Below, in pieces: positions 30,924 through 40,584 of a stretch of 64,000 nt of DNA. Every line of letters begins with the position of its first letter. The first letter of the stretch is position 1. The stretch is from Candidatus Gastranaerophilales bacterium (GTDB lineage Bacteria > Cyanobacteriota > Vampirovibrionia > Gastranaerophilales > Gastranaerophilaceae). Position numbers and translations under genes: made by a program. The stretch spans positions 5,197 to 69,196 of the forward strand of contig CALUSG010000044.1 of the NCBI GenBank assembly GCA_944323365.1, read 5' to 3'. The notes below the pieces were generated by a model. It made no database searches and was not told where the DNA came from. It saw nothing but the letters and a program-made list of their open reading frames with translations.

Positions 30924-31313
30924 TTATGAAATTCCAAATTCTTCATTTAATGCTTTTATAAAAGGAGAAGAGGCCATTTTTCTTTCCATATCAAACATTA
31001 AAAAAGCATTGTCCAATTCTGCAATATCGTTTATTGTATTATCTGAAACAGCTATATCTTTTAAATTTAAACCTTTAATGGCATCGCCCCAAAAATCTTT
31101 ATCGATTTTTGTACCTGCTGTTTTTGTAAAATTAATACCATAAGCACTTGCGGCTGTTGACGTCAATAAGTCTTCTCCTAAATCTTTTACAAACTTATTG
31201 TCAACAACTTGTGTTTGTTCTGCTACCTTTTCTTCCTTCTGCACATCTTTAGGCATTTCTTTGCCTATTCTAAAATTGTTTACTTTTCCTTTACCGTTAA
31301 ATTCAATTGCCAT
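30924..31313 (-). CDS. hypothetical protein, paralog of 45741..46142
   Basis: AAGGAG lies 7 nt before ATG 31313. Shares DNK.....G..LL and S..F..LN..FGI[SA] at the C-terminus with the other copy. Confidence 0.55.
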   Translation of the reverse strand: MAIEFNGKGKVNNFRIGKEMPKDVQKEEKVAEQTQVVDNKFVKDLGEDLLTSTAASAYGINFTKTAGTKIDKDFWGDAIKGLNLKDIAVSDNTINDIAELDNAFLMFDMERKMASSPFIKALNEEFGIS

Positions 31314-31416
31314 CACATGACTCCTTATCTCACATGGTATTTAACGGTATGTTTTTAATTTTCTTTAATAAAAAAACTAAAATTCATTTATTTATTTTAC
31401 AAAACTTAACAATACG

Positions 31417-32841
31417 TTATTTAATCACTTCAATAAAATCATAATCTGTCAAATAAGGCATGTGATTTTCGGTTATCAATTCACCGGGAAGTAAAACCGC
31501 AATACCAGGAGGGCATTCCGCAATTATTTCAGCAGCAATTCTGCCAACAGCCTGTGATTTAGGTATGGTTTCTTTTGGGGAATAAAAAGCATCTCTAAGC
31601 CTCATTTTTATTATTGGTGTAAGCATAGGCATATGTTTTTTATTTTCGAGATAGCAAATATCAGAATAGTTTGTATTATCAATTTTTTTCAAACAATCAA
31701 CTAAATATTGAATATCAGAACGTTTATTACCAATATTTGATAATAACAATAATCCTGCATCAGATGCACTTTCAACTTCAATGTTAAAATCTATTTCTAG
31801 AATAGATTCCAGACGTTTACCGGAAAGTCCGTCTGCTTTTATAAATACTTTTGTAACATCAGTTTTATAACCAAAATCAGGTTTAAGCTGATGTATATGT
31901 TCTAATTTATCAATTTCACTTCTTAAATACTTAGCATTTGCGATAGCTCTTTTAAGTAATTTTTGTCCACGAGAGCTTTCAAGATTAGCTCTTGCAGCGT
32001 CAAGGCTGGCCAAAAGAATCAAAGATGGACTTGTTGTATGCATAAGTTTTAAAGCTTTTTCAATGCTGTCAACGTCTAAAATAGAATTTTCACTAATATG
32101 CAACATGGAACTTTGACTCATACTGCCGCCTGTTTTATGCAAAGAATGAACCACTGCATCTGCACCTAATTTCAAAGCAGATGTTGGTAAATGCTCGTTA
32201 AAATTCCATAAACAAGCATGTGCTTCGTCGACGATTAATGGAACATTATATTTTTTACAAATTACGGAAATTGATTTTATATCACTAACAACACCTTCAT
32301 AAGTTGGGTTTGTAATCCAAACCATTGATACATCTTTATGATTTTTCAATAATTCTTCTACACGTTCGGGATTAACATTACCCCAAATTCCCCACTCTTC
32401 AAATCTTTCGGGTACAAGCCACAAAGGCTCTGCTCCTGAAATTATCATACCTGTTAAAACAGAACGATGACAATTTCTATTAGTAATAATTTTTTGTCCT
32501 TTTTTAGTTAACCCCATTGCTAACGCAAGATTTCCAGCGGTTGAACCATTTAATAAGAAAAATGTTTTCTTTGCACCAAAAGCTTTGGCCGCAAGTTCCT
32601 GTGCTTCTTTTATAGGTCCCGTTGCCGGATGTAAAGTCCCTAAATTATCAAATTCATCGGTAGTATCAATTTCTAAAGCTTTTTTTCCAATAAGTTTTTT
32701 GAATTCGGGTAATGTACCGTTTCCTTTTGTATGCCCTGGAATATGAAATTGGTAACTGGGATTTTCATATGCTTTTTTTAGGGCTTCTACAATTGGGGCA
32801 TGGGTTTTTGTATATTTATTATTTCTTGTTACATTTGTCAT
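31417..32841 (-). CDS. PLP-dependent Orn/Lys/Arg decarboxylase family protein
   Basis: HIPGHTKG, DEAHA, PLP-lysine SLHKTGGS. Confidence 0.8.
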   Translation of the reverse strand: MTNVTRNNKYTKTHAPIVEALKKAYENPSYQFHIPGHTKGNGTLPEFKKLIGKKALEIDTTDEFDNLGTLHPATGPIKEAQELAAKAFGAKKTFFLLNGSTAGNLALAMGLTKKGQKIITNRNCHRSVLTGMIISGAEPLWLVPERFEEWGIWGNVNPERVEELLKNHKDVSMVWITNPTYEGVVSDIKSISVICKKYNVPLIVDEAHACLWNFNEHLPTSALKLGADAVVHSLHKTGGSMSQSSMLHISENSILDVDSIEKALKLMHTTSPSLILLASLDAARANLESSRGQKLLKRAIANAKYLRSEIDKLEHIHQLKPDFGYKTDVTKVFIKADGLSGKRLESILEIDFNIEVESASDAGLLLLSNIGNKRSDIQYLVDCLKKIDNTNYSDICYLENKKHMPMLTPIIKMRLRDAFYSPKETIPKSQAVGRIAAEIIAECPPGIAVLLPGELITENHMPYLTDYDFIEVIK

Positions 32842-32902
32842 AATAAAAATATACTATAAAAATATTTTTAAATACAATAAGTTTATGATATAATTAATAT
32901 TT

Positions 32903-34177
32903 GTGAACATTATTTTTAGAATTATTATTATAACAATCCTTCTATTTACCTCAGGATCTACGTTTGCCGTTGAGAATCTTTCTGCTGAAAAAAATGTTAT
33001 CGAACAAGAAATTCAACTTCCTGAAAACACAGAGCTTCCTAAAAGAGATTTGAATAATGATGGTGTGATTGACAATAAAGATCTTTTAATTGATACATCC
33101 GAAGAAAATTTTTATATGTTTAAAATCCTTGGAGATCCTGTAAACAGAGAAGAGGGTTCCCTTTTTAATAAAATAAACAAATCGTTAAAGGGAGAAGTTA
33201 CAAGAACTGACTATAGTAATTATCTTTTAAAAGACGTATTAACCGTAGATTTAGATAAAGGACCTGTTGATAGAATTCAATTTTACGGAAAATACAGGGG
33301 TAATATGTCTTTTAATTTTTTACAAGAAGACGATTATGACACTAATTATGAGATAACATCAATTGACGTAGGTATGATGGGGAAATTTCTTCCCGAATCT
33401 AAAACTGAATTTAAATTGCAATTTAAACTAACTCCTACAAAAGATTTGTCATTTTTCCAAAATCTTATAAGTGATGCATATATAGTTAATGAAAGCATAC
33501 CTCACCATGAAATAATGATTGGGAATTCTCGTAACCAGGTAGGTGTTGAAGGTGGTATGAGTACAACATATGTACCATTTGTATTAAGATCTCAAATAGC
33601 TAGAACATTTGCAAATACTCGTGCTTTTGGGGCACGTGTAATAGGAAATTATTCACTTGCTGACTATAGTTTAGCTATTAATAGTTCAGACAGATTTTTT
33701 AAAGAATTTTTTCCCGGGGCAGAGTTTACCGGATGGGTAAATTTAAAACCATTGGGAAAAACTGATGGTAAATATGGCAAACTTGTTGTTGGCGGCGGAT
33801 TAAATGCCGGAAAACGGCAAGAAAATTATACTGTTGGCGGTGCATACATAGGATATAATTATAAAAATTTTATGATAAATGCCGAATATTCTATTGCAGA
33901 TGGTTATAATGCTAGAGTTTTCAGTACAGATAAAGCTGAAGGGTTTTATACAACAATAGGATATAAACTCACCCCTAAAGTGCAATTAGTTGGAAGATTT
34001 GATCAATTTGATCCTAATCGTGATATATCAGGAGATTTACGAAGGGAATATTCAGCCGGCATAAATTATTATGTTAAAGGGCAAGGAATGAAAATTTTGT
34101 TAAACTATGTTTTTTGTGACTACCAAAACGAAGAAAACAGCCACAGACTTATTTTGGGAACACAATTCTTATTATAA
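32903..34177 (+). CDS. porin-like outer-membrane beta-barrel protein
   Basis: Signal peptide (GTG start); DLNNDGVIDNKD calcium-loop-like segment; alternating beta-strand pattern to the C-terminus. Similarity to porin O/P is unverified. Confidence 0.5.
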   Translation: MNIIFRIIIITILLFTSGSTFAVENLSAEKNVIEQEIQLPENTELPKRDLNNDGVIDNKDLLIDTSEENFYMFKILGDPVNREEGSLFNKINKSLKGEVTRTDYSNYLLKDVLTVDLDKGPVDRIQFYGKYRGNMSFNFLQEDDYDTNYEITSIDVGMMGKFLPESKTEFKLQFKLTPTKDLSFFQNLISDAYIVNESIPHHEIMIGNSRNQVGVEGGMSTTYVPFVLRSQIARTFANTRAFGARVIGNYSLADYSLAINSSDRFFKEFFPGAEFTGWVNLKPLGKTDGKYGKLVVGGGLNAGKRQENYTVGGAYIGYNYKNFMINAEYSIADGYNARVFSTDKAEGFYTTIGYKLTPKVQLVGRFDQFDPNRDISGDLRREYSAGINYYVKGQGMKILLNYVFCDYQNEENSHRLILGTQFLL

Positions 34178-35545
34178 TATACCTAACAATGTGTTATGAA
34201 TTTCTGTTAAAAGATTTGCATCTTCTGTTTTTTGTGCATATTTAGCAGCTTTTTCCAGTAAACTTTTTGCTTTGTAATCATTTTTATAATCAAGCATAAT
34301 TTCTGCTGCATTTAAATAATATTTAGCAACTTTTTGAGGCGAATCTGCATCAATATAATTTTTAACAGCCTTAGAATATGCTTTTAAAGCCTCAGGAGAA
34401 TCACCAAATCTGTCATATGCATCTCCAAGACTGGCAGAAACATAGCCCTTTATTTTGGCATTATCTGTTTCCTCAGCTATTGAATCAGCTGTTTCATAAT
34501 AATTAAATGCTTCTTTTTCATACATATCAGAATATATATTTGCTATTTTTGTTAAAGACGTTGATTGTACTGCAAGATTTTCAACTTCACCGGCATAAGA
34601 TACTGTACTAAAATAATGATCAATAGCCGGATCTACCTGGTTAACATCATTATATATTTCGGCCATTGAATAATGTGCACGGGTTTTTATATTATAATCT
34701 TTTGTTTTTTGAATTGATTTATTATAACTTTTTAAAGCTTGTGCAAGGTAGTCATAGTCGTCATAAATTTTGCCGACTTCTAAAAATATTTTAGATTGTG
34801 TTTCAGTATCCTCAATTTCTGTTGCACGATTCAGTGCTGTTTGAAATGCCTCTATGGCTTCTTTAGGTTTATTTGCATAAGACATTTTTTTTGCTTTGAT
34901 AAATAATTTTTTAAGTTCAGAATCCTGAGGAATTAGTGGATTAGTTTCTTTTGTTTCTTCTTGTATTTTGTCTTTTCTGTTTAGAGTTTCTTCGGGGAAT
35001 TTAACTAAAAATTGAGGATTAACGTCATTTTCATCGTATTTAAAATCTATTTGCTGTAAAAATAAAGCATCAACCCAATTTTCAACAACTTTTGAATCTT
35101 TATTAAGGGTTGCTGAAATATAGTTATCCAAAATAGAGGCAGCATTTTTGAGGTTAGATTTTATAAGTTTACTGTTTGGAGTTTCTTTTGTAACTTGTTT
35201 TTCTATTAACGCAAGATATCCGCCGACTTCTTCTTTTAAATCCTCTGGGGTTCCAATCGCTATGGCGGTATTTTTAAAATCTTTTAATATTTGAGCAATA
35301 TTTATATTAGGGTTGCGTTGAGCCAAAGCCGTTGCAACTTCATTAGGATATGGTACAGGTTGATGAGATGTTGTTTGATTGTTATATTCTACATATTGTA
35401 AACCTTTACTTTTAGTATTTTCATTGGTTTGGCTGGTTTGTTCCTGAGTATTGGTTTTGGCGTTATCTTCGTCTTTTTTTATCCGATAACGTTTATCTTG
35501 TACAAAATATGGCCGCTGATATATACTATTTAAATTCAACCCCAT
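34172..35545 (-). CDS. TPR-repeat protein with a low-complexity N-terminus
   Basis: C-terminal half is TPR units (A...Y..A......D). AGAGG SD. Confidence 0.7.
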   Translation of the reverse strand: MGLNLNSIYQRPYFVQDKRYRIKKDEDNAKTNTQEQTSQTNENTKSKGLQYVEYNNQTTSHQPVPYPNEVATALAQRNPNINIAQILKDFKNTAIAIGTPEDLKEEVGGYLALIEKQVTKETPNSKLIKSNLKNAASILDNYISATLNKDSKVVENWVDALFLQQIDFKYDENDVNPQFLVKFPEETLNRKDKIQEETKETNPLIPQDSELKKLFIKAKKMSYANKPKEAIEAFQTALNRATEIEDTETQSKIFLEVGKIYDDYDYLAQALKSYNKSIQKTKDYNIKTRAHYSMAEIYNDVNQVDPAIDHYFSTVSYAGEVENLAVQSTSLTKIANIYSDMYEKEAFNYYETADSIAEETDNAKIKGYVSASLGDAYDRFGDSPEALKAYSKAVKNYIDADSPQKVAKYYLNAAEIMLDYKNDYKAKSLLEKAAKYAQKTEDANLLTEIHNTLLGIL

Positions 35546-35642
35546 TTACATACCTCTTATCAATATCTTACATTAATTGATATTTTTTTAACTCATACTT
35601 TCGTATGACTTATATTTAAGGTTTTAAACATACATGTCAATA

Positions 35643-37397
35643 TTATGAGGTTATAATCATTTCACAATTCTTACAATCAAAATCCAAAAAATATTTTTTT
35701 CCTTTTTCGTCTACTAAATACAGCTTCTTAGGAGATTTACAAATATTAAAAGCATACTTAAGACAATGTTTTGTATGCATTAACGGAACATTTTTAGGTT
35801 TTGTACTTTCAAAAGACATTTCACAATTTTTACAACCGCAATTTTCATAAAAACTTTTTGCTTCATGATTATGAATATTTGCTCTATAATCTAAATTTTT
35901 CTTAGGATATTCACTATATTGCATTGGCAATTGAACATCACATTCATAATTGTTAAGACGTTCTTCCGTTAATTTTTCAAGAATTTCTCTCCGCAAATTA
36001 TTTATCTCTGAAATAGGTAAAAATGGTAATTCATCTTTAATTTCAACTGATATTACATAAAAATCACTTTCACCTGTTTTTTGAAGTTGTGTAATAAAAT
36101 TTTCTTCCATCTTTTGTAAATTTTTTGGTTGTTCTGATGAAATAATTTCCATTGCAACTTCATTTTGGTCTTCGTCAATAGCGTGTAAAACATGTTCATT
36201 ATATAAAAATTTTACGCCAATACGTCTTTTGGTTTTAGAATTAGCAAGCTGTTTTTCAAATTTCGCATCAAAATTTCTATAAATTACTTGTCCGACAGTA
36301 AAATTATCCATTTTATTGGGATAAATTTTATTACCTTCAACTTTATTTACTAAACAACCGCTAAGAACACCGTTTATATAATAACATAAGCCATCCTGAG
36401 AATTTATATCAGCATTGATTTCAAAAAAATCTTTACCGAGTTTTGTTATTTTTCCAAGTATTTCTCCCAGGGATTTAGGGGAATTAAAATTATAACATTC
36501 CTTTCTGCCTTCTAAAAAATAATCGGTAAATCCTCGATTAAAACTTTTATTTACATCAGGTATAAAATCATAAAAAACTTTACCTGAAGACGTTTTTAAT
36601 GCATATTTATCTATTTCTTGCCTATAAAATGCCACAACATTTTTTACATAATTTTCATCCTTTAATCTGCCTTCTATTTTAAATGACTTTACACCAATAT
36701 CTATAAGTTTTTTAATATGTTTAGAAGCATTAAAATCTTTTAAACTTAAAAGATACAGATTTTTTGCAATAACGTTATCATCCTCATCAACCAAAGAATA
36801 TTTTTTTCGACAACTTTGAGCACATTCACCACGATTGGCAGATCTACCACCATTGGCACAGCTCATGTAACATTGGCCGCTATAAGATACACATAAAGCT
36901 CCGTGAACAAAGGTTTCTATTTCGGTTTTTGTATTTTCACAAATTTCTTTTATTTGTTCTAAAGAAAGTTCACGGGCTAAAATCACCCGGGAAACACCAA
37001 TATTATCAAAAAATTTTACTTTTTCTAATGTTCTGTTGTCACATTGCGTACTTATATGTATTGGTATTGGAGGTAACTCTCCATCTATTGCTGCTTTTAA
37101 GATACCCATATCTTGAATAATTATTGCATCAACACCAATATCATAAAGGTTTTGAATTAATTTTTTAGCCAGTACTAATTCATTATCATCTAAAATTGTA
37201 TTTATCGTAACGTGAACTTTCACATTAAATTTATGAGCATATTCAGTTATTTCTCGTATATCTTCAAACGAATTCCCTGCATTTTGTCTAGCCCCAAAAT
37301 TATCCGCTCCAATGTAAATAGCATCACAACCATATTCAATTGCGGCAATTGCATTTTGTTTATTTTTTGCGGGTGCTAAAAGCTCTATTTTGTCCAT
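35643..37397 (-). CDS. peptidase U32 family protein with a Cys-rich C-terminal extension
   Basis: U32 signature ETFVHGALCVSYSGQCYMS with a further ECAQSC. The C-terminus carries two CKNCEM motifs. Confidence 0.8.
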   Translation of the reverse strand: MDKIELLAPAKNKQNAIAAIEYGCDAIYIGADNFGARQNAGNSFEDIREITEYAHKFNVKVHVTINTILDDNELVLAKKLIQNLYDIGVDAIIIQDMGILKAAIDGELPPIPIHISTQCDNRTLEKVKFFDNIGVSRVILARELSLEQIKEICENTKTEIETFVHGALCVSYSGQCYMSCANGGRSANRGECAQSCRKKYSLVDEDDNVIAKNLYLLSLKDFNASKHIKKLIDIGVKSFKIEGRLKDENYVKNVVAFYRQEIDKYALKTSSGKVFYDFIPDVNKSFNRGFTDYFLEGRKECYNFNSPKSLGEILGKITKLGKDFFEINADINSQDGLCYYINGVLSGCLVNKVEGNKIYPNKMDNFTVGQVIYRNFDAKFEKQLANSKTKRRIGVKFLYNEHVLHAIDEDQNEVAMEIISSEQPKNLQKMEENFITQLQKTGESDFYVISVEIKDELPFLPISEINNLRREILEKLTEERLNNYECDVQLPMQYSEYPKKNLDYRANIHNHEAKSFYENCGCKNCEMSFESTKPKNVPLMHTKHCLKYAFNICKSPKKLYLVDEKGKKYFLDFDCKNCEMIITS

Positions 37398-37425
37398 AAA
37401 ATTATTTTATTACAATGCTTAAGAC

Positions 37426-37454
37426 TTGACAATCGTATTTTTTCATGATATAAA
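37426..37454 (+). promoter_or_regulatory. upstream promoter P1 (TTGACA-N17-TATAAA with TGn)
   Basis: TTGACA 37426-31 and TGaTATAAA 37446-54. Confidence 0.5.
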
Positions 37455-37479
37455 AATTGTGGGGTAAATGTATATTTAT

Positions 37480-37510
37480 AAGTCTTGTCATTTGACGAGA
37501 CTTTCTTTTT
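37480..37510 (+). terminator. terminator-like hairpin between P1 and the hisS promoter
   Basis: 37480-88 pairs with 37495-503 (9 bp, one G.U), 6-nt loop, then TCTTTTT. Confidence 0.5.
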
Positions 37511-37529
37511 CATCAAGAGTTTTAGCGGA

Positions 37530-37558
37530 TTGACAATTGAATTTTAAATTACTATAAT
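37530..37558 (+). promoter_or_regulatory. consensus promoter giving a leaderless hisS mRNA
   Basis: TTGACA (37530-35), N17, TATAAT (37553-58), 6 nt, ATG 37565. No SD. Confidence 0.65.
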
Positions 37559-37564
37559 TACTTT

Positions 37565-38800
37565 ATGACAAAATTAATTCAAGTAATTAAAGGCACACAT
37601 GACATTTTACCTCAAGAAATAGAATTATGGCATTTTTTAGAGGAAAAAGCTGTTAAAATATTTAACGAATACGGTTATAAAGAGATACGTACACCAATAT
37701 TTGAAGCAACGGAATTATTTGCACGTGGTGTAGGAGATACTACTGATATTGTAAACAAAGAGATGTATACTTTTGAAAAAAGCGACCGTTCTTTAACACT
37801 ACGTCCGGAAAATACAGCAGGAGTTGTGCGTTCCTTTATTGAAAACGGTATGTCAAGATTGTCCAGTCCTGTAAAATTATGGTATAAAGGTCCAATGTTT
37901 AGATACGAACGTCCTCAAAAGGGCAGACAAAGACAATTTCATCAACTCGGGGTTGAAATGTTTGGTATAAAAGACCCGACAGCTGATGCCGAAGTAATTT
38001 TGATGGCTGTAAACTATCTAAAATCTCTAGGCTTAAACGATTTAGATGTTGAAATTAACTCTTTAGGCTGTCCTAAATGCCGTGAAAATTTCAAACAAAA
38101 GTTAAAGGAAGTACTTAAACCCGAATTAAACAACCTTTGTGAAGACTGTCAAAACCGTTATGAAAAAAATCCGTTAAGATTATTAGACTGTAAAGTTGAA
38201 AGTTGTAAAGCTATATTTGAAAAGCCTGAAATCCAAAAGGTTATTCAATCTGATTTTATATGCGAAGAATGCAAAGAACATTTTGATAAATTAAAATTAT
38301 ATTTAGATAAAATGCATGTAAAATATTCAGTGAATAAACTGCTTGTAAGAGGTTTAGATTATTATAACAGAACAGTATTTGAAATAAAATCAAACAATTT
38401 AGGTTCGCAAAACGCTGTATGCGGCGGAGGCAGATATGACAGCCTTGTCAAAAATTTAGGCGGAGAAGATACACCTGCAGTTGGATGGGCAATGGGTATG
38501 GAAAGGTTAATATCTCTATTGCCTGCAAAAGAATCTAAAAAACTTGATGGCTATGTGGTGTCAAATTATCCTGCCGAAGCTTTTGAACTAGCTGAAGAAT
38601 TAAGAAGCTTGGGTTATTGTGTTGAGTTTGATTTATCAAATAAAAAATTCACAAAACAACTTGAAAAAGCCTCAAAAGTTGCAAAATTTGCGTTGATTTT
38701 AGGCGAAGATGAAATAAAATCAAATAAAATATCCGTAAAAAATCTTGCGACTTCTGAACAAAAAACTGTTTCAAAAAATGAGTTAAGGAGTATTCTATGA
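37565..38800 (+). CDS. hisS: histidine--tRNA ligase
   Basis: MTKLIQVIKGTHDILP N-terminus, FRYERPQKGRQRQFHQ, GGGRYD. Confidence 0.92.
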   Translation: MTKLIQVIKGTHDILPQEIELWHFLEEKAVKIFNEYGYKEIRTPIFEATELFARGVGDTTDIVNKEMYTFEKSDRSLTLRPENTAGVVRSFIENGMSRLSSPVKLWYKGPMFRYERPQKGRQRQFHQLGVEMFGIKDPTADAEVILMAVNYLKSLGLNDLDVEINSLGCPKCRENFKQKLKEVLKPELNNLCEDCQNRYEKNPLRLLDCKVESCKAIFEKPEIQKVIQSDFICEECKEHFDKLKLYLDKMHVKYSVNKLLVRGLDYYNRTVFEIKSNNLGSQNAVCGGGRYDSLVKNLGGEDTPAVGWAMGMERLISLLPAKESKKLDGYVVSNYPAEAFELAEELRSLGYCVEFDLSNKKFTKQLEKASKVAKFALILGEDEIKSNKISVKNLATSEQKTVSKNELRSIL

Positions 38801-39138
38801 CAAGTCCTGTACACGATGTTATAAAAAGCGTTACATCTGCTTTCAGAAAGAATTTTGAGGACTTTAAAGGTTTATATCTTTTTGGTCAATTTTTAGACGG
38901 TAAAAATCACGAAGGAGAAGATATTGAACTTGTTGCAATTTTTGATACGGAAGATAAATCCAAGCGTGAAGCAATTTGGCCATTAATAGGTAAAATTGAA
39001 ACAGATCTAAATGTTTGTATAGATCTTTATCCATATACAATTGAAGACTTTAAAAAGGATGAAGATTTATATAATGAGGTAATGGATGAGGGTATTTTTT
39101 TTGATGCCCTCGGTATAATGAAAGATAAGGAAGATTAA
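38797..39138 (+). CDS. minimal nucleotidyltransferase-fold protein with a degenerate active site
   Basis: LYLFGQFLDG..GEDIELVAIFD occupies the place of LFGS.ARG...SDIDL. ATGA overlap with the hisS stop. Confidence 0.55.
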   Translation: MTSPVHDVIKSVTSAFRKNFEDFKGLYLFGQFLDGKNHEGEDIELVAIFDTEDKSKREAIWPLIGKIETDLNVCIDLYPYTIEDFKKDEDLYNEVMDEGIFFDALGIMKDKED

Positions 39139-39324
39139 ATGGACAAAATTACTATTCGTTCTGACAGAAAAACAGACTACAAATTTCAGTACAAAGGCGA
39201 AGATGTCGTTCTCGGTGCAGGTAAAATTATCAGTATTGCAGATGGTTTAAATCATGTAGTTTTACCAACTTGTGCTATGAAGGTTATGAATAACCTTATT
39301 GTTATAAAAGAAGATGTAAAATAA
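39139..39324 (+). CDS. hypothetical 61-aa protein
   Basis: ATG immediately follows the TAA of the upstream gene; no domain recognised. Confidence 0.4.
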   Translation: MDKITIRSDRKTDYKFQYKGEDVVLGAGKIISIADGLNHVVLPTCAMKVMNNLIVIKEDVK

Positions 39325-39330
39325 ATAGTT

Positions 39331-39359
39331 AAAAAAAAGCTCCTTTCGGAGCTTTTTTT
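39331..39359. terminator. bidirectional intrinsic terminator
   Basis: A8-AGCTCC-TTTC-GGAGCT-T7. Confidence 0.85.
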
Positions 39360-40584
39360 ATATCTGTTGTTCTGCTACAGCATTGCCGTTTATTAAAGTT
39401 TGCATAACCTCAATTGCTTTTTTCAATTGTACATCATTTTTGTTTTTAACATGCTCTTCTGTAAGTTCCACAACTATATCCGGTGTAATTCCCTTTTTAT
39501 TAATATCCGTACCGTTTGGTGTTAAATACTTTTGAATCGTAATATTTATTCCGGCTTCGTATGGTAATTTATTTATCTCTTGCACTAAACCTTTTCCAAA
39601 AGACTGTTCTCCTACAATAACTCCTCTATGATTATCTTTTATTGCTCCTGAAAAAATTTCACTTGCGGAAGCAGAGCCTTTGTTAATTAATACAACTAAT
39701 GGTTTATCAGTAATTACGCCTTGTGCTGCTTTTGTATTTTCTTTGTATCCATCTCTGTCTACAGTGCTCACAATTACACCTTTATCAAGAAACATATCCG
39801 AAATGTTTATGGCATTGCTTAATAAACCACCGGGGTTTGATCTAAGATCTATAATAAATCCCTTTTTATCTTGAGAATCTAATAAAATTTTACTAAACTC
39901 TTGAGAGGCATTTTTACTTATAAAAGAACTTAATCTTATATATCCGATGTCTTCAGGTAATGCTACATCGTCAGGTAGTTTTTGTGATATAGATTTAATT
40001 TCAATTTCAGCACGTTGTACATTATATAATTTCGGCTCAACATCTTTTCGTTTTATAAGCAATTTAACAAAAGTACCTTCTTTACCACGGATTTGCTCTG
40101 CGGCTTTATCTAAAGAAATTCCTTTTGTACTTTTACCATTAATTTCTAAAATTTCGTCGTCCGCTTTTAATCCTGCACGCTCGGCCGGGGTATCTTCTAT
40201 CGGGGCTATAACCATTAGTTTCCCGTCTTTTATCCCAATTTGAATACCAATTCCTTTTAAAGATCCTTTTATTGAGCTTGTTTCTTCAGCAAATTCTTTA
40301 GGATCTAAAAATTTTGTATAAGGATCATTTAAACTCGCAAGCATCGTTTCAATTGCAACATATGCATCTTCGTTCGTCATAATAACTTTATCGTACTTAT
40401 GACGCCATTTTGCCCAATCCTGATTATTGTTTGTTTGGTCAACATATTTTTTGTTTATCAAGCTCCAAACATTGTCATAAAGCTCAATAGGCGTATATGC
40501 CATACTGTAATTTTTGACGACAAACCCAAATACTAAAAGGAATGCCCACAAAAATATAAAACTTTTTCTCATAACATTTCTCAC
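39358..40584 (-). CDS. ctpA: carboxyl-terminal processing protease (S41)
   Basis: PDZ segment (GIGIQIG...AERAGL), S41 motifs PGGLLS and GSASASEIF, and ...GKG. Confidence 0.88.
   Translation of the reverse strand: MRNVMRKSFIFLWAFLLVFGFVVKNYSMAYTPIELYDNVWSLINKKYVDQTNNNQDWAKWRHKYDKVIMTNEDAYVAIETMLASLNDPYTKFLDPKEFAEETSSIKGSLKGIGIQIGIKDGKLMVIAPIEDTPAERAGLKADDEILEINGKSTKGISLDKAAEQIRGKEGTFVKLLIKRKDVEPKLYNVQRAEIEIKSISQKLPDDVALPEDIGYIRLSSFISKNASQEFSKILLDSQDKKGFIIDLRSNPGGLLSNAINISDMFLDKGVIVSTVDRDGYKENTKAAQGVITDKPLVVLINKGSASASEIFSGAIKDNHRGVIVGEQSFGKGLVQEINKLPYEAGINITIQKYLTPNGTDINKKGITPDIVVELTEEHVKNKNDVQLKKAIEVMQTLINGNAVAEQQI

Noticed and set aside
32903-32905. Leaderless transcript for the porin-like gene (TGaTATAAT 8 nt before the start)
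   Set aside because: The start codon is GTG, and leaderless initiation is generally reported to depend on a 5'-terminal AUG. It was therefore left out of the leaderless set.
38797-39324. Classical MNT-HEPN toxin-antitoxin pair
   Set aside because: The downstream ORF is only 61 aa with no Rx4-6H HEPN motif, and the NTase catalytic residues are substituted. It is kept only as an open question in the findings.
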